From Candidatus Omnitrophota bacterium (GTDB taxonomy: Bacteria > Omnitrophota > Gorgyraeia > Zapsychrales > Fredricksoniimonadaceae), in the NCBI GenBank assembly GCA_044225175.1, contig JBGAJA010000003.1, positions 197,428 to 261,427 of the forward strand: 64,000 nt of DNA. The letters run 5' to 3'. The translations under genes and the position numbers were made by a program. Every line of letters starts with the position of its first letter. Position 1 is the stretch's first letter. The notes below the pieces were generated by a model. It was given only the letters and a program-made list of their open reading frames with translations, ran no database searches and was not told the origin of the DNA. Shown in pieces: positions 1 through 8,229 of this stretch.

Positions 1-125
1 CGGAATGGCAAGGGTAATTCTTTGAAGAAATAGCTGGCAAATCCAATGCTGATAATGTTTTTGCCAAGGTCGCAATAGATTTTAGCGACGAATTCTTCGG
101 TTTCATTGTTGAAAATGATTTGCAT
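1..125 (-). CDS. Partial CDS (N-terminal ~41 aa: MQIIFNNETEEFVAKIYCDLGKNIISIGFASYFFKELPLPF...) running off the window start; hypothetical protein
   Basis: Reverse-complement translation from the ATG at 125..123 reads open to position 1. An AAAGGA RBS lies 5-10 nt upstream on the minus strand. Too short to assign a family. Confidence 0.35.
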   Translation of the reverse strand, partial: MQIIFNNETEEFVAKIYCDLGKNIISIGFASYFFKELPLPF

Positions 126-324
126 GTTATTCCTTTCGCTTGATCCATCGGCGAAAGTAGTAGGGGAATAACTACGGCAATAGGATGGAATGTTGTTTAA
201 TATAAAGTGGGGAAGAGCATTTGAAACAAATGAAAAATACCAAACAGACTAATGATTGTCAATAGATTATTTGTATCCAACAATATCTCTATGTATTTCA
301 TATACTTACAGCACATCTAAGAAT

Positions 325-352
325 TTGACAACCAAGATTTATATGGTATCTT
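325..352 (+). promoter_or_regulatory. Candidate sigma70-type promoter for large paralog A: TTGACA (325..330), 16 bp spacer, TG-n-TATCTT (344..352)
   Basis: Read directly in the AT-rich 300 bp intergenic region. The -10 region 'tatctttgcagcg' resembles the motif upstream of paralog C ('tatcttttagcagg') and paralog D ('tatacttttatcag'). Confidence 0.35.
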
Positions 353-431
353 TGCAGCGTACATTTAGATCCCTAAATTACCCATTAATTTTAAGACAGG
401 AACCGCAGGGCGTATCTTAAGGAGATAGAGC

Positions 432-3230
432 ATGTATAAACGATTTATCGCTTCCCTGATTATTCTTACCTTCAGTTGTACTTTAATAACTCCCCAAGCT
501 AACGCAGCACAAGAATCTTTAAATTTACCTATACCCGGCACCATGATTAACCTAAGCCCTGCGTTTGAACCAACCTTAATCAAAGGTCTAACAGTTCATA
601 AAGATAACCCATTTTTGTTTGATTTCATCGTAGATACCGGCAATTCAGGATTATCGTTAGAGATGACCGGCCGGTCGTCTCTACGGGAAGAATCTGACCG
701 ATTAATCAAATATTTTTTCGCCTGTCTGACAGTCCCTGAGAAAGACCTGTGGGTTAACCTATCCCCCTATGAAAAAGACCGAATAGTCCCAGAAGCATTA
801 GGCCAAACAGCCTTAGGACGCGATCTTCTGGCTCAAGACTATATCCTTAAACAGCTAACCGCTTCGCTGATATACCCTGAAAAAGACCTAGGGAAAGAAT
901 TTTGGAACAGAGTGTATGCCAAAGCACAAGCCATGTACGGCTCCAATGCCCAGATACCAGTTAACACCTTTAATAAGGTATGGATCCTAGCAGATAAGGC
1001 AACGGTCTACGAACATGGACAAACAGCCTTTGTAGTTAATGGGCATTTGAAGGTGATGTTGGAAGAAGATTATCTAGCCAGAGACAAGAATCACAAAAAG
1101 GTGTCAGACACCTTTTTGAGCAGTCAAATTATCCGTGATATCGTCATTCCTGAAATCGAAAAAGAAGTCAATACCGGTAAAAACTTCGCTACCTTACGCC
1201 AAATCTTCAATTCCCAGATTCTAGCCACATGGTACAAAAAGAACCTCAAAGAAGCTCTCATCAATCAGGTCTATACTGATAAAAACACCATCAAAGGTGT
1301 AAATTTATCAGACCCATCAGTCAAAGAGCACATTTACCAGCAATACCTTCAGGCCTACAAGAAGGGTGTATTCAACTATGTCAAAGAAGATAAACAAGCC
1401 AATGGCCAGGCAGTTCCAAGAAAATATTTCTCAGGCGGGTATCAAGGGGCCAATGCAGCCATGCTCATAGTATCTCATGATTCTAAGCAGGTTGAGGGAG
1501 CTTTGATGTCAACAGGAAATAGATTCCGTTTTCAAATAGCTCTTGCCATCAATAGTGATTCCGCCATGGCAGCTAGCGAGAGTATGTTTTCTAAAATGGC
1601 AGAAAAGGATATTCATAGTCTTCAAAATTGGCTGGCCCACACAAATAATTTTTTTGATATAAGTAAGATGCCTTTTGATGAGAAATTATCTGTGATTGGC
1701 GCAGATCTTAAATTAACAGTTCTTCCTACTTTAGAAGAATTAGAGCTATTGACTCAAGTTGAAATAATGATGTTAACCTTTGAAGGTAAGGCAGAGACGC
1801 CAATTAATCTTTTAAAAGACTTAGTGGTAAAGATAGCGCAGGATGATTCACTAAAGAAATTATTTGCCAACCCTTCCATTCAAATCCGGCTTAAAGCAGT
1901 AAAAACTCAAGAGATTGAACTAAATATATTATTTAATTTTCTAAAACAAATACTTGGAATAAGTGAACGTACTGTCCCCACAGGAGAGTTTAGCAGAGTG
2001 AAAGGAGGGGTCGTCTGGCAGAAACATGGTGTGAAAGGTGCTGAAAAGAATCCGTCAGTAATTCCTGCTGTCGTTGCATTCATTGATGATGGTTTATATG
2101 AAGTTGGGATTCATCAATCCCACATGGGTGAGATATTAAAACTCACTCCACAATCCCCAAATATGTTGGAACGATTAGTAGAATTATTAAATAAAAATGT
2201 CATTACGGTTCAAAATAAGATCAGACCTCTAACGCCTGAAGAAGTGATAATCTTTGCAAAGATTATTTCTGAAGAAAGAACAGCTTTACAAAATGTCCCT
2301 TTAAAATCTGCAACACTCCTTCCATCCTATCTTAATGCAGATCAGTTGAATGATTTGATTTTGTCGATTGTTAATAAGTATGATATTAAAACTGGTTTAA
2401 AGAAATCTGATTCAGCCATGGCTGCTAAACCCAAAGAAACTCAATCTTCGAATTTAGCTAAGGGCGTAAATTTTGAAGAATTAGACAGAGAAAACAAAGA
2501 GCTAATCCAAAAATTACCAAAGCAGGGAGGCTTAACCTTATCTGATCCCCTCAGCGAACGTCCGATGCAACCAACAGATACCTTTGAGATTCCCTTGGAT
2601 TCATTGAGAATTTACCCCGTCATAGTAACCGTTAATGGTTCCAACCCTTTACGAATTCTCAGAAATCAATTGGGAAAGGACGTCCATTTCCAAGCAGGAT
2701 GGTTAGGGGTGAGAGAACTATTAAACCCAGGTCTCTTTGACTTTACGAAGGGGCGTTGGAGAGTGATTCAATCTGATGGAAGAGAGAAAATTTCTCCATC
2801 TCTTAAAATTGAAGTCACCCCTGACAAACTGATTATTTCTACTACCGACTTTAGAGTTGGAGATCTAAGCATTCGATATTTTGATCAAAGTAATAAAGCC
2901 ATGGTGGTGGCTAAACCAGCAGGAAAATTTGCCGATGCAGCGATGGCGACTAAAAGCGAGACAGTAGCTGATAAAGTAACAATTACGGAAAAATTACCAC
3001 CCGGTGGTATCGACTTAAACTCAGCCAATATGGGTATGATGGTGACCAAGGATGCTAATGGCGGGGTGAAGGTTAATTTTGACCCTGCCATGATTGAACG
3101 CATAAAATCTCAAGGTGTGTTCTCGGCCGATCCGATTATTATTCAAATCACCCCAATCAATGCAACCCAGATACGCCCATTGCTTGGATTCAAAGATCTC
3201 GAGCAAACTCAAAAGCTGGCGAAAGTTTAG
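432..3230 (+). CDS. Large secreted protein, paralog A (932 aa). Signal peptide, then a conserved ~330 aa N-module and ~90 aa C-module shared with the CDSs at 37066, 40893 and 44630; unique central region
   Basis: AAGGAG RBS 8 nt before the ATG. N-terminus MYKRFIASLIILTFSCTLITPQANA is signal-peptide-like. The N-module (LPIPGTMINLSPAFEP...FLFDFIVDTGNSGLSLE...KYFSGG) is ~85% identical to paralog C. The C-module is PGGIDLN...ERIK.QG.FSA.P.II.ITP. No known family recognised. Confidence 0.8.
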   Translation: MYKRFIASLIILTFSCTLITPQANAAQESLNLPIPGTMINLSPAFEPTLIKGLTVHKDNPFLFDFIVDTGNSGLSLEMTGRSSLREESDRLIKYFFACLTVPEKDLWVNLSPYEKDRIVPEALGQTALGRDLLAQDYILKQLTASLIYPEKDLGKEFWNRVYAKAQAMYGSNAQIPVNTFNKVWILADKATVYEHGQTAFVVNGHLKVMLEEDYLARDKNHKKVSDTFLSSQIIRDIVIPEIEKEVNTGKNFATLRQIFNSQILATWYKKNLKEALINQVYTDKNTIKGVNLSDPSVKEHIYQQYLQAYKKGVFNYVKEDKQANGQAVPRKYFSGGYQGANAAMLIVSHDSKQVEGALMSTGNRFRFQIALAINSDSAMAASESMFSKMAEKDIHSLQNWLAHTNNFFDISKMPFDEKLSVIGADLKLTVLPTLEELELLTQVEIMMLTFEGKAETPINLLKDLVVKIAQDDSLKKLFANPSIQIRLKAVKTQEIELNILFNFLKQILGISERTVPTGEFSRVKGGVVWQKHGVKGAEKNPSVIPAVVAFIDDGLYEVGIHQSHMGEILKLTPQSPNMLERLVELLNKNVITVQNKIRPLTPEEVIIFAKIISEERTALQNVPLKSATLLPSYLNADQLNDLILSIVNKYDIKTGLKKSDSAMAAKPKETQSSNLAKGVNFEELDRENKELIQKLPKQGGLTLSDPLSERPMQPTDTFEIPLDSLRIYPVIVTVNGSNPLRILRNQLGKDVHFQAGWLGVRELLNPGLFDFTKGRWRVIQSDGREKISPSLKIEVTPDKLIISTTDFRVGDLSIRYFDQSNKAMVVAKPAGKFADAAMATKSETVADKVTITEKLPPGGIDLNSANMGMMVTKDANGGVKVNFDPAMIERIKSQGVFSADPIIIQITPINATQIRPLLGFKDLEQTQKLAKV
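658..683 (+). repeat. 26 bp near-perfect palindrome (tagagatgaccgg|ccggtcgtctcta) inside the paralog A coding sequence, encoding ..LEMTGRSSL..
   Basis: The two halves are reverse complements with one T/G (wobble-compatible) mismatch. Homologous palindromes lie at 37295..37320 and 41128..41153. Confidence 0.8.
1095..1117 (+). repeat. 23 bp perfect palindrome AAAAAGGTGTCAGACACCTTTTT embedded in paralog A's variable linker (encodes KKVSDTF)
   Basis: Exact reverse-complement symmetry. Two more copies lie at 60114..60139 and 60155..60177 inside another ORF. Confidence 0.85.
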
Positions 3231-3260
3231 AGATAAGATAGTCAAAAGGATGTTTTATAA

Positions 3261-3301
3261 AAACCTTCGTTGGGTAGAGTTTACCTAGCGAAGGTTTTTT
3301 T
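3261..3301 (+). terminator. Rho-independent terminator after paralog A
   Basis: 9 bp stem aaaccttcg (3261..3269) pairs with cgaaggttt (3289..3297), followed by a T7 run. Confidence 0.6.
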
Positions 3302-3353
3302 CTAAATAGAACCTGTCATTTTTTGAAATTAAATTTGACAACAGACTTTCAAA

Positions 3354-3372
3354 TGTTACTATTAAAGTAACA
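3354..3372 (+). promoter_or_regulatory. Inverted repeat TGTTACT-attaa-AGTAACA overlapping the -10 region and start codon of the Rrf2 regulator gene; candidate autoregulatory operator
   Basis: Perfect 7 bp arms. TTGACA at 3335..3340 sits 17 bp upstream of a TG-n-TACTAT -10-like element. Rrf2 regulators typically bind palindromes that overlap their own promoters. Confidence 0.4.
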
Positions 3373-3788
3373 TGAATAAAGACCAAAGGCTGTCTTCGGC
3401 CATTCATATTCTAGTTGCCCTTCACTACATGGGGAGTTCTTTGGATAGTAAAAAGCTTGCGATGAGTTTACAGACCAATCCGGCTTTAATTCGAAGGATT
3501 CTATCCCAATTATCGAAAGCCAAGCTTATTGTGACTGAAAAGGGTAAAGGTGGAGGTTCAACCTTGGCTAAGAAGCTCTCTGAGATTACGATTGGCGATG
3601 TCTATCAAGCCTTGGGGGAAAACAGGATTTTTAAGTCTTTTGATAAGAAACCTTTTGAGAAGTGCGAAGTGAGCTGTTGTATGAAAGATACCTTAGACAA
3701 TTTGTATGAAGATATTGAAGACGTCATGCTCAAGCGAATGCACAAGATAACTTTGGCGCAGGTGATTAAGGGGATTAAGAGAGGTTAA
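3372..3788 (+). CDS. Rrf2 (BadM/IscR/NsrR) family transcriptional regulator
   Basis: N-terminal winged helix (LSSAIHILVALHYMG...LAMSLQTNPALIRRILSQLSKAKLI...KGGGSTLAK) is typical of Rrf2. A C-terminal cysteine cluster (CEVSCC) may ligate an Fe-S centre. Confidence 0.6.
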   Translation: MNKDQRLSSAIHILVALHYMGSSLDSKKLAMSLQTNPALIRRILSQLSKAKLIVTEKGKGGGSTLAKKLSEITIGDVYQALGENRIFKSFDKKPFEKCEVSCCMKDTLDNLYEDIEDVMLKRMHKITLAQVIKGIKRG

Positions 3789-3889
3789 AACTAAATTTTT
3801 GAAGCTTTTTTGGCTTTTGGGACATAAATAATGTATCTTTAATACCAGTGTCTTAGAGGCTGGTTATATTTAATAGAAAGTAAAGGGAA

Positions 3890-5083
3890 GTGATTATGAT
3901 AGGTTTCATGAAGCAATATAAAATTGGGATCATCGTTTTAGCCGTAATCGTTTTATCCACTGGCACATGGGCTATTTACCATAATAGTAGTGCCAATGCC
4001 AGCCAGCCAAAGGCGGCCCCTCCTGCAGTTCCTGTATTTGTTCTAACTACTCAAGAAAAACCTGTTCGCACATGGACAGAATATTCCGGCCGCTTGCAGG
4101 CGGTTGATTATGCAGAAATTCGTCCTGAGGTGAGCGGGCGTATTAATGAAATTCGTTTTCAAGATGGTCAAACCGTCAAAGAAGGCGATATTCTATTTGT
4201 CATTGATCCCCGGACCTACCAGGCTGCAGTAGAGAAGGCCCAGGCAGATTTGACATCAGCCAAAACCAACGCAGAATTTTCAAAAACAGAGTTTGATCGA
4301 GCTTCCGACCTTATTAAGAATCAAGCTATTCCTCAACGAGTCTATGATGAACGTTCGAACGCCAATCAAATGGCCCAATCAGCTGTTCAGGCAGCCCAAT
4401 CTGGTCTTGATCAAGCTCAGATTGCCCTGGATCATGCTTATGTGAAAGCTCCTATATCGGGCCGAGTGTCTCGAGCAGAGATTACTGTTGGAAACCTGGT
4501 CAATGCTGGTCCTGGCGCTCCTGTATTAACAAGTATTGTCTCTAACAATGGCATCTACGCTGATTTTGAAGTGGATGAACAAACCTATTTACAAAGCATT
4601 CGTAAAAGCCCTCAGGATCAAGAAGAAGAACAACAAATCCCCGTCCAATTAACCATTCAAGGGGATCGTAATATCTATAAAGGAACCATCCATAGTTTTG
4701 ATAATCATATCAATCCTTCTTCAGGAACGATCCGTGCAAGAGCTAAATTTGGTAATGAAGATGGGAGCCTTGTTCCTGGGATGTTTGTGTCTATTAAATT
4801 GGGCAGCGCATTTGTCATCAATGCCATCCTTGTGCCAGAGCGCGCCATTGGTTCAGATCAAAACAAGAAATTTGTTTACGTCGTAGATAAAGATAATAAG
4901 GTCCTCTATCGTGAAGTTGAATTAGGTAAAGAAGTCGAAGGACAGCGCATTGTGATCGCTGGATTAAAACAAGGTGAGCGCGTCATTGTTGATGGCCTGC
5001 AACATGTACGTCCTGATACGATAGTAGATGCTAAGGACATTGCTTCTAAAGCAGATAACCCGCCGGTGGAGTCCAAAAAATAA
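3890..5083 (+). CDS. RND efflux periplasmic adaptor (AcrA/MexA membrane-fusion family)
   Basis: N-terminal TM anchor, coiled-coil/lipoyl-type segments, and a 1 nt overlap with the downstream RND permease. The true start may be the internal MKQYK. Confidence 0.8.
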   Translation: MIMIGFMKQYKIGIIVLAVIVLSTGTWAIYHNSSANASQPKAAPPAVPVFVLTTQEKPVRTWTEYSGRLQAVDYAEIRPEVSGRINEIRFQDGQTVKEGDILFVIDPRTYQAAVEKAQADLTSAKTNAEFSKTEFDRASDLIKNQAIPQRVYDERSNANQMAQSAVQAAQSGLDQAQIALDHAYVKAPISGRVSRAEITVGNLVNAGPGAPVLTSIVSNNGIYADFEVDEQTYLQSIRKSPQDQEEEQQIPVQLTIQGDRNIYKGTIHSFDNHINPSSGTIRARAKFGNEDGSLVPGMFVSIKLGSAFVINAILVPERAIGSDQNKKFVYVVDKDNKVLYREVELGKEVEGQRIVIAGLKQGERVIVDGLQHVRPDTIVDAKDIASKADNPPVESKK

Positions 5084-8000
5084 TGAATCTTTCTGCGTTT
5101 TTTATCAATCGTCCTATTTTTGCTGGCGTTATTTCGACCATTATCTTTCTAGGCGGACTGATGTCCATGGGTCAGTTACCTATTTCAGAATATCCAGAAG
5201 TCTCGCCACCTTCGATTGTTATTAATGCACAGTATCCAGGCGCCAATCCTAAAACCATTGCAGAAACAGTAGCTACTCCATTGGAAGAGCAGATTAACGG
5301 TATTGAGAATATTCTTTATATGCAATCTCAAGCTTCCTCCGATGGAAATTTGTCGCTTACGGTCACCTTTAAAATAGGGACAGATCCTAATTTAGCCCAA
5401 CAATTAGTCCAAAACCGCGTCAATCAAGCCTTGCCTCGTCTTCCAGATGTCACCCGGCAATTGGGTGTGACCACCGTTAAAAGTTCTCCAGATTTAACCA
5501 TGGTTGTGCACTTAAAATCTCCTAGTGAACGTTACAACGAACTTTATTTAAGAAATTATGCTGTGTTAAATGTTAAAGACCAATTGGCTAAGATTGAAGG
5601 AGTAGGGACGGTTCGTGTATTTGGTTCAGGAGATTATGCCATGCGTGTTTGGCTTAATCCGGATAAGATTGCCGAGCGAAGCTTAACAGCTAATGATGTG
5701 GTGAACGCCATTCGAGGACAGAACGTGCAAGTGGCAGCTGGGGTCATCGGAGGTCCACCATATGAGCAGAAGAATGAACTGCAAATGACAATCAATGCCC
5801 AAGGGCGGCTAACAGAGCCTGAGCAGTTTGCCGAAATTATCATCAAACGAGAGAATGATGTTATTACCCGTCTTAAAGATGTAGGGCGTGTTGAATTGGA
5901 TGCCTCAACCTATAGTTTACGCTCTTTGCTTAATAATCAACCAGCCGTTGCTATCGCTATTTTTCAAGCCCCCGATTCCAATGCCATTGAGATTTCCAAT
6001 CGTGTGCGAAAAGCCATGAAAGAAGTTAAGAAAAGCTTCCCAGAAGGGGTTGATTTTGCCATTGTTTATGACCCTACCGTCTTTGTGCGCGGTTCTATTG
6101 AAGCTGTTATCCATACCATGATTGAGGCCGTTCTTCTGGTCGTCCTGGTCGTTATTTTATTCTTACAAACATGGAGAGCTTCCATCATTCCTTTATTGGC
6201 TGTTCCCATTTCCATTATTGGAACCTTTGCCATTATGCACATGTTTGGATTCTCCATTAATACACTGTCACTTTTTGGGATGGTGCTGGCGGTCGGGATT
6301 GTCGTTGATGATGCGATCGTTGTTGTAGAAAATGTGGAACGTAACATTGAAAATGGACTGTCTCCTCATGATGCCACAATTAAAGCTATGCAAGAGGTCA
6401 CAGGCCCTATTATTGCAATCGCTTTGGTCCTTTGTGCGGTATTTATTCCCATTGCCTTTATTAGCGGTTTAACGGGTCAATTTTACCGTCAATTTGCTCT
6501 CACTATTGCATTCTCAACTATTATTTCAACCTTCAACTCCCTGACTTTATCTCCAGCATTGTCTGCTGTTTTACTTAAAAGTCACGACGCACCTAAAGAT
6601 AAATTGACTATCATCATGGATCGTGTGTTTGGAGGATTCTTTGCTGGGTTTAACCGGTTCTTTAAAGGCAGCTCCCAGAAATATAGTCAAGGTGTAGGTG
6701 GAGTTATTCAGCATAAATCCAAAACACTTTTTGTGTATGTTTTGTTGCTGGGTTTGACTTACATTGGTTTCCAACATGTCCCACCTGGCTTTGTTCCTAT
6801 GCAAGACAAGCAATATCTGATTAGTTTTGCCCAATTGCCAGAGGGTGCCACTTTGGAACGCACCGAAAAAGTCATTCGTGAGATGTCTGAAATTGCTATG
6901 AAAGAGCCAGGGGTTCAAGATGCGGTTGCATTTCCAGGACTGTCGGTAGCTGGATTTATGAACAGTTCATCAGCCGGGATTGTGTTTGTCCCCTTGAAAC
7001 CTTTTGAAGAAAGACGTTCCAAAGAACTTTCCGGTATGGCTATTTCCCAGAGCCTTCAGATGAAATATGCGGGCATTAAGGACGCCTTCATTGCTATTTT
7101 CCCACCACCGCCCGTTAGAGGTTTAGGAACGATGGGGGGGTTCAAGTTGCAGATTGAAGACCGATCAGATCATGGGTATGAAGAATTAGCTGCGACTGTA
7201 CAAAAAATTACGGGAAAAGCCTATCAAACTCCTGAACTAACTGGAGTCTTTTCTTCTTATAAAATCAATGTGCCTCAGCTTTATGTGGATTTAGATCGAA
7301 CCAAAGCTATGCAGTTAGGTATCAATGTTAAAGATGTATTTGATACCATGCAGATTTACTTAGGATCTATGTACGTGAATGATTTTAATAAATTTGGCCG
7401 TACCTATCAGGTGGTAGCTCAAGCTGATCGTGAATACCGTTCCTCTAAGGAGGATATTTTGAAATTGCGTACACGCAACGATAAAGGAGAAATGGTTCCC
7501 TTAGGTTCCGTCGTACAAATCCAAGAAATGACAGGCCCTGAAAGTGTGGTTCGCTACAACGGTTTTAGAGCCGCTGATATTAATGGCGGTCCAGCACCCG
7601 GGGTTTCTTCAGGCCAAGCTCAGGCAGCGATCACCAAGATTTTGGATGAGAACCTTCCTAAGGGGATGACCTATGAGTGGACAGATTTGGTGTATCAACA
7701 AATTCTGGCAGGCAATACAACCCTTTTGGTTTTCCCGTTATGCGTGCTTTTAGTATTTTTAGTGCTGGCTGCTCAATATGAAAGTTTTGTTTTGCCGCTG
7801 GCCATTATCTTGATTGTACCTATGTGTTTATTCTCAGCGATTATGGGAGTATGGCTTACTAAGGGTGATAACAACATGTTTACCCAGATTGCTTTCTTTG
7901 TGTTGATTGGGCTTGCCTGTAAGAACGCTATTTTGATTGTGGAATTTGCCCATCAATTGGAGCTTCATGGTAAGAAGACCATTGATGCTGCTATAGAGGC

Positions 8001-8229
8001 GGCACGGCTTCGTTTGCGTCCAATTTTGATGACATCATTTGCCTTTATCATGGGTGTCTTGCCATTAGTTATGTCGCATGGGGCAGGTGCTGAGATGCGT
8101 CATGCCATGGGTATTGCTGTGTTTTCAGGTATGTTAGGCGTCACATTCTTTGGGATATTCTTGACACCTGTTTTTTATGTCATTCTTCGTACAATGGAGA
8201 AAAAATTTAAGGGTGATACGAAGCATTGA
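5083..8229 (+). CDS. RND multidrug efflux permease (AcrB/MexB family, HAE1)
   Basis: 1048 aa with 12 TM helices and two large periplasmic loops. Conserved motifs include GLMSMGQLPISEYPEVSPP and the TM4 VGIVVDDAIVVVEN region. Confidence 0.9.
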   Translation: MNLSAFFINRPIFAGVISTIIFLGGLMSMGQLPISEYPEVSPPSIVINAQYPGANPKTIAETVATPLEEQINGIENILYMQSQASSDGNLSLTVTFKIGTDPNLAQQLVQNRVNQALPRLPDVTRQLGVTTVKSSPDLTMVVHLKSPSERYNELYLRNYAVLNVKDQLAKIEGVGTVRVFGSGDYAMRVWLNPDKIAERSLTANDVVNAIRGQNVQVAAGVIGGPPYEQKNELQMTINAQGRLTEPEQFAEIIIKRENDVITRLKDVGRVELDASTYSLRSLLNNQPAVAIAIFQAPDSNAIEISNRVRKAMKEVKKSFPEGVDFAIVYDPTVFVRGSIEAVIHTMIEAVLLVVLVVILFLQTWRASIIPLLAVPISIIGTFAIMHMFGFSINTLSLFGMVLAVGIVVDDAIVVVENVERNIENGLSPHDATIKAMQEVTGPIIAIALVLCAVFIPIAFISGLTGQFYRQFALTIAFSTIISTFNSLTLSPALSAVLLKSHDAPKDKLTIIMDRVFGGFFAGFNRFFKGSSQKYSQGVGGVIQHKSKTLFVYVLLLGLTYIGFQHVPPGFVPMQDKQYLISFAQLPEGATLERTEKVIREMSEIAMKEPGVQDAVAFPGLSVAGFMNSSSAGIVFVPLKPFEERRSKELSGMAISQSLQMKYAGIKDAFIAIFPPPPVRGLGTMGGFKLQIEDRSDHGYEELAATVQKITGKAYQTPELTGVFSSYKINVPQLYVDLDRTKAMQLGINVKDVFDTMQIYLGSMYVNDFNKFGRTYQVVAQADREYRSSKEDILKLRTRNDKGEMVPLGSVVQIQEMTGPESVVRYNGFRAADINGGPAPGVSSGQAQAAITKILDENLPKGMTYEWTDLVYQQILAGNTTLLVFPLCVLLVFLVLAAQYESFVLPLAIILIVPMCLFSAIMGVWLTKGDNNMFTQIAFFVLIGLACKNAILIVEFAHQLELHGKKTIDAAIEAARLRLRPILMTSFAFIMGVLPLVMSHGAGAEMRHAMGIAVFSGMLGVTFFGIFLTPVFYVILRTMEKKFKGDTKH

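Noticed and set aside
365-583. Minus-strand 72 aa ORF overlapping the 5' end of paralog A, and similar short antisense or alternate-frame ORFs in the track (e.g. 2885..3103, 3021..3245, 4698..4886, 5634..5846, 6066..6347, 12041..12292, 18436..18660, 18903..19142, 28396..28611, 53905..54399, 62503..62892)
   Set aside because: All are embedded in well-supported longer genes on the other strand or frame, lack an RBS and have low-complexity or odd composition. They are shadow ORFs.
600-660. Aspartic-protease-like D-T-G-x-S motif (FLFDFIVDTGNSGLSL) in the conserved N-module of paralogs A, B and C
   Set aside because: A single short motif is all there is. Paralog D has DPGQG instead, there is no second DTG/DSG lobe motif, and the surrounding sequence does not resemble pepsin or retropepsin families. 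Noted but not called.
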